A stretch of DNA of 63,725 nucleotides, the filler included, from Octopus bimaculoides (Eukaryota): assembly GCF_001194135.2 (NCBI RefSeq). It is 10 parts of 9 records of this genome, joined end to end, with 100 filler letters (N's around TTAATTAATTAA, not from the genome) between each part and the next. Parts side by side here need not be neighbours in the genome. Positions count along the whole stretch, not along the records: positions 36,879 to 52,330 come from NC_068990.1; positions 52,431 to 54,894 come from NW_026309428.1; positions 54,995 to 62,242 come from NC_068987.1; 7 more parts are not named here. One strand, 5' to 3'. The notes below the pieces were generated by a model. It searched no databases and was not told where the DNA came from. It was given only the letters and a program-made list of their open reading frames with translations. This document shows, one piece after another, positions 50,079 to 62,242 of this stretch (within the stretch, counting starts at the first letter, position 1; every line of letters begins with the position of its first letter). The position numbers were made by a program, and so were the translations under genes.

Positions 50079-52092
50079 CTGAATTAGTCACAATAAAATC
50101 ACTGCAGTATATCTGCAACATATTTATCAAGAAATCGTATTGCCAACTAATCTGTAATTGATCATATTTTAAAGTTAAGTTTCCTAGAAAAGAAAGATGA
50201 CCGCACCTAACTCAGATTAACATATCTAGAGTTGCCACTCAATCTAATAATGATCAGACTCCTCCCCACTACAAATCTTCATTAAATTTTTAATGAATTT
50301 AAATTGTGGCTATTCCTCCTTACCCTTCTTTTACAAGAATTGATATTAACGCTGGCGAGGTTTTTTTTTCTTGTCACGATTTTAATTTCAGGTACTTAAG
50401 TATTCTTTTTGGTTCACTACATTTTGCAAGCCAACCAAATCGCAGATGAAAGTCTCGGAAATTCGTGTACTGCAAGTTTATTGAAGAAAGACATAAGGTG
50501 CTTGTAGTGAAATTGTTAGATATTTCTTGCATCGTACAAATTTCTGACCAACAAGTCTCCCGTCTACACCACCGATCTGGTTGAATCTAATATCATACTT
50601 CTCTCCCTTTAATATACTAAAGCTGATATTCAGCATCAGGTATCACCTTAAAAAATGCTATCACAAAATTAATTTCAATAAAATCAGAGTGGATCAAAGA
50701 AGCAAAACAATTTTCAACTAATTCCTCTATAGTGACGTGGAGCACTTCATAATTAGCATATGGCCTTTGGCTTCATTTGCATATACTGTTATCTTAATCC
50801 ACTTTCCGATCATGTTTATACAAGAACTTATAGCAAACCGATTGTTACATTCTGTAATGTCTTCTGAAATAAAACTAAAGATGGTATTTCGTTTCAGTAA
50901 TGATTGCAAATTTACGGCATTTGGAGAACTGATTTATAAAATCACTTCTTTTAATGGCTCGTATGAATTTGGTACCTGTCGGCTACAACCTTTAACATAT
51001 CCAGAGCAAACTGCCAAAATTTATTTTTACATGTATGTTGTCCAAATATTGATGCCAATACACACATGACATCAATTGTCTCTGCAGCCACAAAAGCTTC
51101 TTACAGTTTAAAGAAGGAAGTCTCCAGTTAAACTGTTCACTATGAAGGCTACTTTATACGTTCCTTACACAAAGAAATCAACTATTAACAAAAGCAAGCA
51201 ATAAGATCTGCTCTTTGAACCCAATGACAATGCCAGTAACAAAAGTCAGATGTGTACTCTCCACAGAGATAGTGTTATTTCAAGTTGCACTGTAACTGCA
51301 TATGATATAAATGCATAGTTTGATACAGACAGTGAATAACTTATTCTACAAACTGTCATTGTCTTTTGTTTGTCTGAGAAGATGTAAGGAATTAAAAGTT
51401 TCTAGAAGTTTATGAAATTGGCTTCAGAAGCAGTATTGTGTGTTTGGAAAGCTGATATCTCAACCAAACTTGTCATCATTTAACACTATTGCAATGGGTT
51501 TTGTTTCATTGTTTATGATTTAAACTAACATTCCCACCCTTTCTTCAGTGCCAATATTATCAAATACAATGAAATTTTACACTCAATTTCTGCTCTGCTT
51601 CATATTGAAATTCTTCGTAGATTAGCTATACATACATACGCTTATATGTGTGTGTGTATAAATGAATAAATAAATAAATACAAATGTTTGTATAGAAATA
51701 TGATTAAAAAAATACAGACACAGCCATACACAAATGCAAAATCTGTCTTTCTCTCATCAATTGAGAGAAAGACAGAGACAGTGAGAGGTGAAAGAGAGGA
51801 GGAGCGTTCTTTTGACAAGACAGATGACCAATATATTCAGTGGTGAGGTAGAGTTGTGAGAATCAACATCAGTGCATTATAAGTGCTTATTTTATTGATT
51901 TCAGAGAAATGAAAGACTAAGTAGCCCCTAGCAGGATATGTGTAACGATGATCAAGAAAGGTGCCGTAGAACTGAATGTTTAATATGAAATTCGGGGTTT
52001 TGCCATCCACCACCACCGTCACCTTCCCACAAAATACAGAATATACATAGATATACAACACACACATACGCATGTAGTCACAAGAATACACA

Positions 52093-52142
<50 letters not shown>

Positions 52143-52430
52143 CACACACATATATATGTATATATATATATATATATATATGAACAGTGTATACAAGCAC
52201 GCATACACAAACATGAATGCATAGCAAATACAGCCTTATAAAATGCACATGCACAAGTACATATGTAGAGTTGCTAGATTCATATATATGTGTGTGAGTG
52301 TGTATATGCATATGTATGTATGTATGTATGNNNNNNNNNNNNNNNNNNNNNNNNNNNNNNNNNNNNNNNNNNNNTTAATTAATTAANNNNNNNNNNNNNN
52401 NNNNNNNNNNNNNNNNNNNNNNNNNNNNNN

Positions 52431-52469
<39 letters not shown>

Positions 52470-53061
52470 CTCTCTCATTTCATACCATTTTTCAGCGTCC
52501 CTAACTGGTCTGCGATTCGTAATGTTCAATAAAAGACGGAAAATATAATGTTTCACCACTTTGGAGCTGAACCTCCTGATTGTCCCGGAATTCACACTCC
52601 ACACACACACATACACACACTGATAAATAACTCCAGGTTCCAATATATATGTTAAAGTATTTAAGGAGCCTATTTGGCTGATAATGTCTAGTAGCAAGGT
52701 TTATTTTACGAGAAGCGTTACCGAAAGAAATCGTAGGATTTCTTTGAAATATTTCGATAACCTAAATCTAAACGGCACCAATTATATAATGGCTCCGTTT
52801 GGCATAGGATCTTCTGTGTTCTTGCAAGAAGTTGATAACTGGAACATTTCGGGTTTAGTTTCAGAATGAGATAACACTAGTTACCTTTCACCCGCCCCTT
52901 ATGCTACCTATTTCATTTGTCCTTTAAACCAACGACAGGGTCTGTAGATTTTTAACTAGATAGACACGGTTTATGTATAGAGTATAGACAGAGAAACATT
53001 GTATGAAGATATTGGCTGGCTATGTATACATATTCATAGACATTCATACATACATACTATC

Positions 53062-53222
53062 AGGCGCAGGCGTGGCTGTGTGGTAAGAAGCTTGCTTCCC
53101 AACCACATGCTTCCGGGTTCAGTCCCACTGCATGGCACCTTGGACAAGTGTCTCCTACTATAGGTCCGGGCCGACCAAAGCCTTGTGAGTGGATTTGGTA
53201 GACGGAAACTGAAAGAAGCCGT

Positions 53223-53258
<36 letters not shown>

Positions 53259-53378
53259 GTATGTATTTATGTGTGTTTGTCTCTATGACTGTATTTGTCC
53301 TGGGGTCGATTTCTAAAAATCCTTTTGAGGCGGTGCTCCAGCATGGCCGCAGTCAAATGACTGAAACAATAAAAGAAT
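53062..53378 (+). mobile_element. SINE family A, internally deleted
   Basis: Intact head ggcgcaggcgtggctgtgtggtaagaagcttgcttcccaaccacatg, a (CA)n tract and a partial tail. Confidence 0.9.
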
Positions 53379-53510
53379 ACACATACAGACACACACACAC
53401 ATATTTATATATATACATAGAAAGTATATACACACACATATATATATACACATAAATATATATATACATAAAACGTATCTATATCTATCTATAAATATAT
53501 ACATATCTTT

Positions 53511-53720
53511 TATCTTTTACTTGTTTCGGTCATTAGACTGCGGCCATGCTGCTGCACCATCTTGAAGAAGTTTAGACGAACGAAACGACTCCATTGCACA
53601 TACTTTTAAAGCCTGGTACTTATTCTATCGGTCTCTTTTGTTAAACCACTAAGTTACGAGGATGTAAACACATCAAAACATGTTGTCAAGTGGTGGTGGT
53701 GAGGGAAAAACACAAACACA
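53511..53720 (-). mobile_element. SINE family A tail
   Basis: tcttttacttgtttcggtcattagactgcggccatgctg...tacttattctatcggtctcttttg. Confidence 0.8.
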
Positions 53721-53730
53721 CATACATAGC

Positions 53731-54154
53731 AGACGGCTGCTGACAACAACCTCAATGAACGATCAGCGACAGCAACGTGACGACCAGTGGTTAACTTTGT
53801 CTGCCATTAAATTTACACCAAGAACAATGACAAAATATCTCTCGACATTTTTTTTGTTCATAGTAACGACAATATTTATATTTTCATTTACGAAAAGAAT
53901 AAAAGTTCTGTTTATCAAAAAACTGCAACCATCTCCAGTTGTTTGCAGAATGTTGCGATTTTTGCCAAACAAAACTTCTATTCTTTCGTACAGACACACA
54001 CACACACAAAACAAACAAACAAATACGTTCGTTACTATGAACAACAAAACGCTGAGAGAATTTTAGCTATTGTTCTTGTAGTTAAAAATTTGCTGCTGGT
54101 CGTTATGTTGCTGCCGCCGCTATTTCATTGTAGTTATTGTCAGCAGCTGTCCGC
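53731..54154. repeat. About 424-bp degenerate palindrome (fold-back / MITE-like)
   Basis: Left arm cagacggctgctgacaacaacctcaatgaa versus reverse complement of the right arm cggacagctgctgacaataactacaatgaa. Similarity continues nearly to the centre (about 53932-53945). Confidence 0.85.
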
Positions 54155-54284
54155 GTCTGTTGTCTCGTCTATGCTATCTCGCATTGGTCTCTTCCAACTG
54201 GTCAAAGTGTGCCGAATTTATAGTGATGGTTAGGCTCAGAAAGACGCGCCTCAAAAATAAATTAATAGTCGCAGGAGCCTATTT

Positions 54285-54658
54285 TACTCTTTTACTTGTT
54301 TCAGTCATTTGACTGCGGCCATGCTGGAGCACCGCCTTTAGTCGAGCAAATCGACCCCCAGGACTTATTCTTTGTAAGCCTAGTACTTATTCTATCGGTC
54401 TCTTTTGCCGAGACGCTAAGTTATGGGGATGTAAACACACCAGCATCGGTTGTCAAGCGATGTTGGGGGGACAAACACAGACACACACATATATATATAT
54501 ACACATACATACATATATATACCAAATCCACTCACAAGGTTTTGGTCGGTCCGAGGTTATAATAGACGACACTTGCTCAAGTTGCCACGCAGTGGGACTG
54601 AACCCGGAACCATGTGGTTGGTAAGCAAGCTACTTACTACACAGCTACTCCTGTGCCT
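54285..54658 (-). mobile_element. SINE family A, full length, relatively young
   Basis: Tail, (TA/CA) tract and head ending ctactcctgtgcct. Confidence 0.9.
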
Positions 54659-54994
54659 ATATATATATATATATATTACATACGTATAAGAAGGGATGAC
54701 CACTAAGTGGACATCCGTTATGCTAGAAATAGATCACTTACGATCTGACCACAAGGAAAATATTGTTCTCAAGAAAAATTAGTAAACACCAGAACGTTAG
54801 CGGGCAAGACAAATGAAGATATACAAAATAAAGAATTAATCGTAGACCGATTTCGCCATTAACGAGAAAATTACTTACGTAATCGTCTGATTTTNNNNNN
54901 NNNNNNNNNNNNNNNNNNNNNNNNNNNNNNNNNNNNNNTTAATTAATTAANNNNNNNNNNNNNNNNNNNNNNNNNNNNNNNNNNNNNNNNNNNN

Positions 54995-55281
54995 GCCAGT
55001 ACCGCCTGACTGGCTCCCGTAGGATTTTCGAGTAAGATCGTTGCCAGTGCCCCTGGACTGGCTTGTGCAGGTGGCACATAAAAGACACCATTTCGAGCGT
55101 GGCCGTTTTCGTGCGGGTGACACGTAAAAGCACCCACTACACTCTCTGAGTGGTTGGCGTTAGGAAGGGCATCCAGCTGTAGAAACTCTGCCAAATTAGA
55201 TTGGAGCCTGGTGTTGCCATCCGGTTTCACCAGTCCTCAGTCAAATCGTCCAACCCATGCTAGCATGGAAAGCAGACGTTA
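54995..55281 (+). mobile_element. RTE-type LINE 3' UTR/tail ending in (GAT)n
   Basis: Matches the reverse complement of the UTR of the RTE remnant at 61985-62100. Carries ggttggcgttaggaagggcatccagctgtagaaa and ends gacgttaaacgatgatgatg. Confidence 0.8.
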
Positions 55282-55299
55282 AACGATGATGATGATGAT

Positions 55300-55886
<587 letters not shown>

Positions 55887-56253
55887 TTAATTAGTAAGTA
55901 AAAGCATCTTCTATTAGAGTGAATTTGAAAAATTTAAACAATGGTCTCAGTTCAGAGAAAATATTTCACAGTAATTCTAACATAAATTTATATAAAATAA
56001 TGTTATATTTGTTCTATATAACATCCTTCTTTAATCTTTAAAAGATGATAAATATTGAGGATACAACTGAAGTAAACAATTCTTTTAAGCCGATGTCATG
56101 TGACAATCTGAAATAATAGAGAAATAGTATATAGAAGATTCTTAAAAAGTAGATTCAACAAAGGAAATTTTACAACATTTATATATTTTAATATTTCACT
56201 TAAGCATTGCGAAGAACTCAATATACATATGCTTCAGAGAGTACAGTGCAGTA

Positions 56254-56465
56254 ATAAGAAAATGAGTTGACAAAGGAATACATGATTATCTTATCAACTT
56301 CATTAGTTTACAGATATTTCTGGTATAAGATGCAGTAGACTCACAGTTGAGTGCCTGAATAACACTTTGAAGAAGCTATAAAGTGTTATTCAGGCACTCA
56401 ACTATGAATTTACTGCATCTTATAGAAGAAACAGCATTTATTCCTTTGTCAACTCATTTTCTTAT
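56254..56465. repeat. Palindromic element: 45-bp inner stem with an 11-nt loop, plus a 27-bp outer stem
   Basis: tataagatgcagtagactcacagttgagtgcctgaataacacttt (56324-56368) versus the reverse complement of 56380-56424 (41/45). Outer arms 56254-56280 and 56439-56465 match perfectly. Confidence 0.9.
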
Positions 56466-56555
56466 ATTTTCATACTGAGAATCTTTACTTGAAAAATTAA
56501 GCTTTACGTTTTTAATTTGTAATTAAAATTACATCACATGATTTTGAGTGAACTC

Positions 56556-57650
56556 TATCAGTTTGGTAAGAAAGTTCTTGGACACTTTTAACATATTACT
56601 TTATTAACAATTAAAAAAACAACAAAGAACAATCAATCCAAAAGGTAATCACCCTCATTATTGATCACCTTTTGCCATCTTTCAGGCAAAGTTTTGAATC
56701 CTTTCATCCAGAAATTGCGTGGCTTTGAATCAATAAATCCGTAAAGGAACAATTTCACATCTTCTTCATTTTTGAACTGTGTCGCCAATCGCACATTTCA
56801 AGGCAGCGAATAAGTGGTAGTCAGAAGGGACAAGGTCGGGAGAATACGGTGGGTGCACCATAATCTCCCAGCCCACCTCCTTCAGCTTCTCTGATGTCTT
56901 CTTTGCACGATGTGCTGGCGCGTTGCCTTGGTGGTAAATTATCTTCTTCAAATTTGAGCATTTTTCAGCCAGTGCGATCTTTAGATGGTCAATTTGTTGA
57001 CAGTAGACATCCTTGTCAACGGTGGTATTGCATGGGAGAAGATCCAATATGATCACACCACAGCAATCCCACCAAACTGAGATCATAACCTTCTTTCACA
57101 CAAGTGGTCCGTTTGGCGAAGGTTTTGGCTGTTGACCTTTGCTACATCAAGATCGTGTGCACCTCATGTTGGAATACAGTACCCACTTACTGACACCAAT
57201 CAATCGAATCTTCAGCTTTGCCAGAGCAGACTTTGACATGCAGTGACACGTGCTTGTTTGTTCGCTTCAGTCAATTAGTGTGGCACCCATTTTCCAAGCT
57301 TGCTGACCTTGCCGAGACGATGCAGGTGGCTGATGATCGTGACATGGGAGACACCAAACTATACTGCAAGTGGTATTTCGTCTGCTGTTACATTCTGAGT
57401 TCAAATTCCGCCGAGGTCGACTTTACCTTTCATCCTTTCGGGGTCGATAAATTAAGTACCAGTTACGCACTGGGGTCGATGTGATCGACTTAATCCCTTT
57501 GTCTGTCCTTGTTTGTCCCCTCTATGTTTAGCCCCTTGTGGGCAATAAAGAAATAAGAAACTATACTGCAAGTTGACGGGCAGTTTGCATTGGATCGGCT
57601 TCAATGACTTGCAACAATTACTTGTCCAAGAACTTTCTTACCAATGTAAA
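56556..57650 (-). mobile_element. Internally deleted mariner (DD34D-type) transposon with a SINE insertion
   Basis: TIR core ttggtaagaaagttcttggaca / tgtccaagaactttcttaccaa. Protein remnants IEADPMQTARQLA, HLHRLGKVSKLGKWVPH, KVMISVWWD, HQGNAPAH and HPPYSPDLVPSDYHLF. Confidence 0.9.
57372..57557 (+). mobile_element. 5'-truncated young SINE family B insertion with a 16-bp target-site duplication
   Basis: aaactatactgcaagt occurs at 57356-57371 and 57558-57573. Removing the insert restores the mariner reading. Confidence 0.92.
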
Positions 57651-57706
57651 ACATACTTATAGACCAAAACTACACCTTAAGATTGTGTAACATTCTATAT
57701 GTTAAT

Positions 57707-57790
57707 CTATGAGGGTGGATTGAAAAGTTGGTAGGCTGACTATGAAGGAATGGTGCTACAGCTGCAGTTCTTACTTGATATCACTTACTT
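57707..57790 (+). mobile_element. Possible mariner-type TIR remnant
   Basis: tatgagggtggattgaaaagttggtaggct resembles mariner termini and the TIR at 310. No partner end was found. Confidence 0.3.
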
Positions 57791-60312
57791 TTCTAAGTAT
57801 CCAGAGCCAGTTCACCTGTTATCCATCCTTTATCCATTAATACTCTTCTCTTCACCCACACTTTCATTGATCCCCACCCCCACTGTACCACTGAGTCACC
57901 AAATTATCTCTCTTCCTCCATCACCATACATCTCTCACCCGCCTTCATCTTCTCCACCCACTCCAGCACCATCCCATCTTTCTCATCTTCCTCCAGTCTA
58001 CTGTATCATCATTATTATTCTACAGCACTGCACTGTCAGTCATTTCCTACTACACCCACATTCTCATGCAACCTCCACTCATCTGCACTCCAGGTCCCTC
58101 TACCTCATTCATTTTTACCCATCTTGTACCTTCGAGGTTCACCCAGACACCAAATCACCTCTATTTTTATCACTTTTCACTCCAGACACTAGAGCACAAT
58201 ATAGTTTTGGTGGGGTCGGTCGATCCTGTCAAAATGTTCAAACCATGCCAGCATGGAACATGGACGTTAAATGATGAAGATAATGGGTTTCTACATGTTA
58301 ACATTTAACTAGAAAGGATGGAGAGAAATGGCATTTACTTAGATACTTTTAATATCTGCGTTCAAATTTTCAAAGGTGGTCTTTATCTTTTATGCTTATG
58401 AGTTTGATAAAATAAGTACCAGTCAAGAGCTGTGTAAATAATTTGTTATTTTAGTTTGTATAACGTATAAAAGTAGGGTTGCAGTCCACTATTTCGTTCA
58501 CCCATAAATGCAGTAACTCCACCCTAACTCTATAGCAGCATTAAAGACTTGATAGAGCAAATGAGTCGCTAACGGTGGCATCCTCTACAAGGTATCTGCC
58601 TCTGGCCAACAGGTAAAAAGTGGTTCCAGTGGACCCTTACTCATCATCCAACAATCAAACTAATACCAGAAGGGATATTTTATATAGGGGTTCGTTGAAT
58701 AAATAGGATAATCTCCTCGTGGCAATCAACGCGACTAGTATTCAGTCGGCGTGCATGATACTCCATAAAAGCCTCAAGAATCGAGGATTTGTTAGGCTTA
58801 CTACCACAAAAGCTCATTCTCATCATACATTAGCCTCGACCCTGGTACCGATGCAGACGTGGAATCGAACTTATCCTTGCAACGGAAAAAGCATTGTTGC
58901 ATGTTTAAAAGTTATGAAATATTATTTTCTAATATTGTTATATATTTTTCACTCGAATATAATTACTGACGTAATTCTATTCTTTACACTTATTATTACT
59001 GACTTAAAAGAAAACATTTGTCAACTTCACTTTTTCAGAAGTAAAAGGAGTCAGTGCCTGGAAACAATTTGTTAAAGTTGTTTCCCTTCACTTTATTGAT
59101 TTCGTCATTAATCCCGTAGAGACTAAAAGACGAGAATTAATGTTGGAAATTATATCAAAGTTTGACGTTATGAAGTCATCCCACATACTTCTTGTGTGGT
59201 TTATCAAAAAATAAAGCTAATTTTGTGGTGTAATACTTTTATATAAAACACGAATTCGGACACGTTACGCTAAGTCAGCATCAACTAACTGGAGATTTAC
59301 CGGTGTTAACTCAGTTAATTACCTCCTGTACAATCATACACTAAAATCTTTTACAGCTGTTATAATAGGCCACAGAAGGAAATGCTACAATTTGAAGCAT
59401 AAATAAAAGGCAGATCTCGGAAAATTGATTTTTCCTACTTGTTTCAAGAAGTTAAAATCAGCTTGAAGTGAAAAAGAAAAAAAAGGACGAAGAAAATTTC
59501 TTTTAATTTTCGGGGTTTCTTTTTTCTCTAGGAGGAAAGGACTGTCTGATTTGACATCAATCACAATCGAATCTGACGAATTTGACATCAATCACAATTG
59601 AATAATGACGAAATCGACGTTTTAGTATGTTGTTCACTGAGGGTGAATCACCAGCTAAAAGCAGGGGGCAGTCAATTTCAGCCCCACAGCACAGGATCTC
59701 AGATCATTGTAGAAAGATGGAAGTGTTGGCTCAGTAGACAGTAACGCGAATTGGTATGATTTTGATGACGCTGATAATAAGGCATTTTGTTGTCAAATTA
59801 TGAAAAACTGCAGACCAACTGTATCTACTATGTAACCAGCTGACCACAAAGATTAAGAACAAAAGTGTTGGGCAAATAATACTGTCACCTTTATCAGATG
59901 GACGTAAATGAAAAGATCTTTCGTGGTGAAACTTGTGATTTTCTGATTGTTGTGTTCAGTGGATAAAATGATAAGGCTTTGCATGATCAAGTTTGATGTG
60001 CAAATGTTGTTTCATCAACACTTCTACAGGAGTAACTCTTGTAGTAATATGCAATATTGTTTGACACACGAGCAGAAAACAGGACAGACTTGTTATTAGT
60101 GTTACCCCAGACATTTATCATGTTCCATTTTCTCTCATCTAACTGAATAATCAGCTCAACGATTTGATGTCTGACAATGGGGAACTACGATCTTATGGTT
60201 AATACCACCATTCTGTTGACTGAACTCTGCAAATTCTGACATGGCAAAACATGAACCATTATTGCTCACCCACAAAATATCTGTTAGCCCTAAAGAGAAG
60301 GACTAATCTTCT

Positions 60313-61030
60313 CTTTGGGGTTATCCTGGTATCAATGCAGTGATTGGGAACAGGGTACCAATTTGTCCACAGTGCATCACCAACTAAAGAAGAGCAAAGA
60401 AAGAACCGCTATTAATCCAACTTTTATCTGACTATTTATAGCAGCTAATAGATGTGAATCTCTTTGAAGCTGATGGTCTAAATATATGGGGCAAACAAAA
60501 TTTATTTGCAATTTATTGAAATCTCATACCTACCAACAAACTTGTCAAGCATCATCATTGTGCAAATCAATAATTCACCCATAGAATTTGGTGTCAAACT
60601 TGCATTCTTCAATTTGGTTTTCATGCCTACCTTCCACATGTAAGACAAATTCTTCAAGCCAAACTAACTGGCAGGAGACCTAGAGGTAGACTAAGAATGT
60701 AATGGTTGGATAGTATTGATAGTCTCAGTTGGTCATGCTTGGGAATTCAACCAAAAAGTGTAATGATGGTTGCTACTGATAGGACCCTCTAAGGAATAAG
60801 TGTCTGAGGACTTTACTTCATGACCCTCCCAGTAAGAGTGGATGGAGAAGATGGGTGGATGGATTGTTTCAGTGTTACTGCGAAAACAGTAAAATGCATA
60901 CTGCAACAAACAAACCTGTTCAAAACATTGTTAACTTTTCACAGTACAAAAATGGCAGCATTAGAAATAACTGTAGCTGAAGCATTACACAATAGATTAC
61001 CTCGTAGATCATTATGGCAGAAACTAAAAC
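60313..61030 (+). mobile_element. Gypsy-like LTR retrotransposon integrase remnant, interrupted by an RTE fragment
   Basis: WGYPGINAVIGNRVPICPQCITN*RRAKKEPLL...DVNLFEADG, then after a frameshift FIEISYLPTNLSSIIIVQI. After the insert it reads KTVKCILQQTNLFKTLLTFHSTKMAALEITVAEALHNRLPRRSL. This follows the Gypsy zinc-finger/core/C-terminal order. Confidence 0.6.
60643..60863 (+). mobile_element. RTE-clade (Rex3/Expander-like) LINE 3' fragment
   Basis: QILQAKLTGRRPRGRLRM*WLDSIDSLSWSCLGIQPKSVMMVATDR, with tail gaagatgggtggatgga. Confidence 0.7.
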
Positions 61031-61065
61031 CGTCCAACATGGTTCCTAAGAAACATAGAGGCGGT

Positions 61066-61499
61066 TTGCTTATTCGGAGGTAATGCTATATACCTACTAA
61101 ATGGCCAGTGCAATACAGAAGCCATTGTATATGAGGTGAAGGTGATGTTGAAAGATGTCAATGGAGTGATGGATGTGCAAAAACATGTTGGTGCAATAGA
61201 GGGTCCCTTCAGAACCAGACTCTGCAAACACAAATCCTTGTTTAATATATTAGGAAGGTAAAATATCACAACAGTAGGAAGCATGTTTGAACACTGAAGA
61301 AAAATAGTGCAATAAAATATCAAGTGGATGATATTAAAAAAGTGCAAACCATATTTTAACAGCAGTAAGCGGTGCAGGCTCTGTTTGGCTGAAAAAAATC
61401 ATCCTGAAGAACTCTCTTCATCCAGGTACCTAAATAACTTGTAAAAGTGAGATTTTTTGCACCTGCCCTCATGAATACAGATATGCCTTGGCAAACTGA
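61066..61499 (+). mobile_element. Second PLE type: Cys-rich GIY-YIG endonuclease remnant (Naiad/Neptune-like)
   Basis: LLNGQCNTEAIVYEVKV...KHVGAIEGPFRTRLCKHKSLFN...IKWMILKKCKPYFNSSKRCRLCLAEK...KSEIFCTCPHEYRYALAN*, with stops and frameshifts. Confidence 0.75.
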
Positions 61500-61984
61500 C
61501 CAACTGCACTATAAATATAAACATTGGAGCTCTGCCATTGGTGTTTCCTTTCACTGCAATCTGATGAATTTGAGATGTGGTGACCCAGGTTTGGTATGTA
61601 TACATGCACATACACACATATGCATACATGATTTTAAAATTAACTCTTCCCCACCATCCCTCATCCCCACTCCAAATATCCCCACACATCTCTAGCCCCA
61701 CTTCACGCTCACTTCAGCCAAACTATATCATGTATACTAAAGCAGCGGTTTTTAGTCCTAATCCAAGGGACATAACTCCAATGAACTAACTTTTGTTCTC
61801 CATGTAAGTGAACTGGGCAATTTCTTCCACAAATTTCATTGTGGATTATTACAAAAGTTGTAACATCTACAAACCAAATATTACACTTTCAGGTCACCAG
61901 TAGAGAAGATCCCATGCCATACAGTTCCTTTCGGTCATCTCTGATGAGTGTCTGCACTTGTTTTCAACTTCCGATAGGAAGCCA

Positions 61985-62242
61985 ATTGGTACTGGCAACG
62001 GTACTGGCAACGGTACTGGCAACGGCCACGCTCAAAATGGTGCATCTCATGTGCCACCCGCACAAGAGCCAATCCAGGGGCACTGGCAACGATCTTACTT
62101 GGCTTGCCGGGTCTTCTCACGCACAGCACATTTCCAAAGGTCTCGGTCAGTAGTCATCGCCTCGGTGAGGCCCAATGTACGAAGGTCTTGCCTCACCACC
62201 TCAGCCCAGGTCTTCCTGGGCCTACCTCTTCCACGGGTTCCC
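61985..62242 (-). mobile_element. RTE LINE 3' end (ORF C-terminus plus partial 3' UTR)
   Basis: Reverse complement GTRGRGRPRKTWAEVVRQDLRTLGLTEAMTTDRDLWKCAVREKTRQAK*. The UTR matches the 54995-55100 copy. Confidence 0.85.

Noticed and set aside
59551-59612. 31-bp tandem duplication ttgacatcaatcacaatYgaat
   Set aside because: Only two copies; an ordinary local slippage duplication.
61555-61600. CTGATGA just downstream of the PLE endonuclease stop, as a possible hammerhead
   Set aside because: No stem II or GAAA follows.
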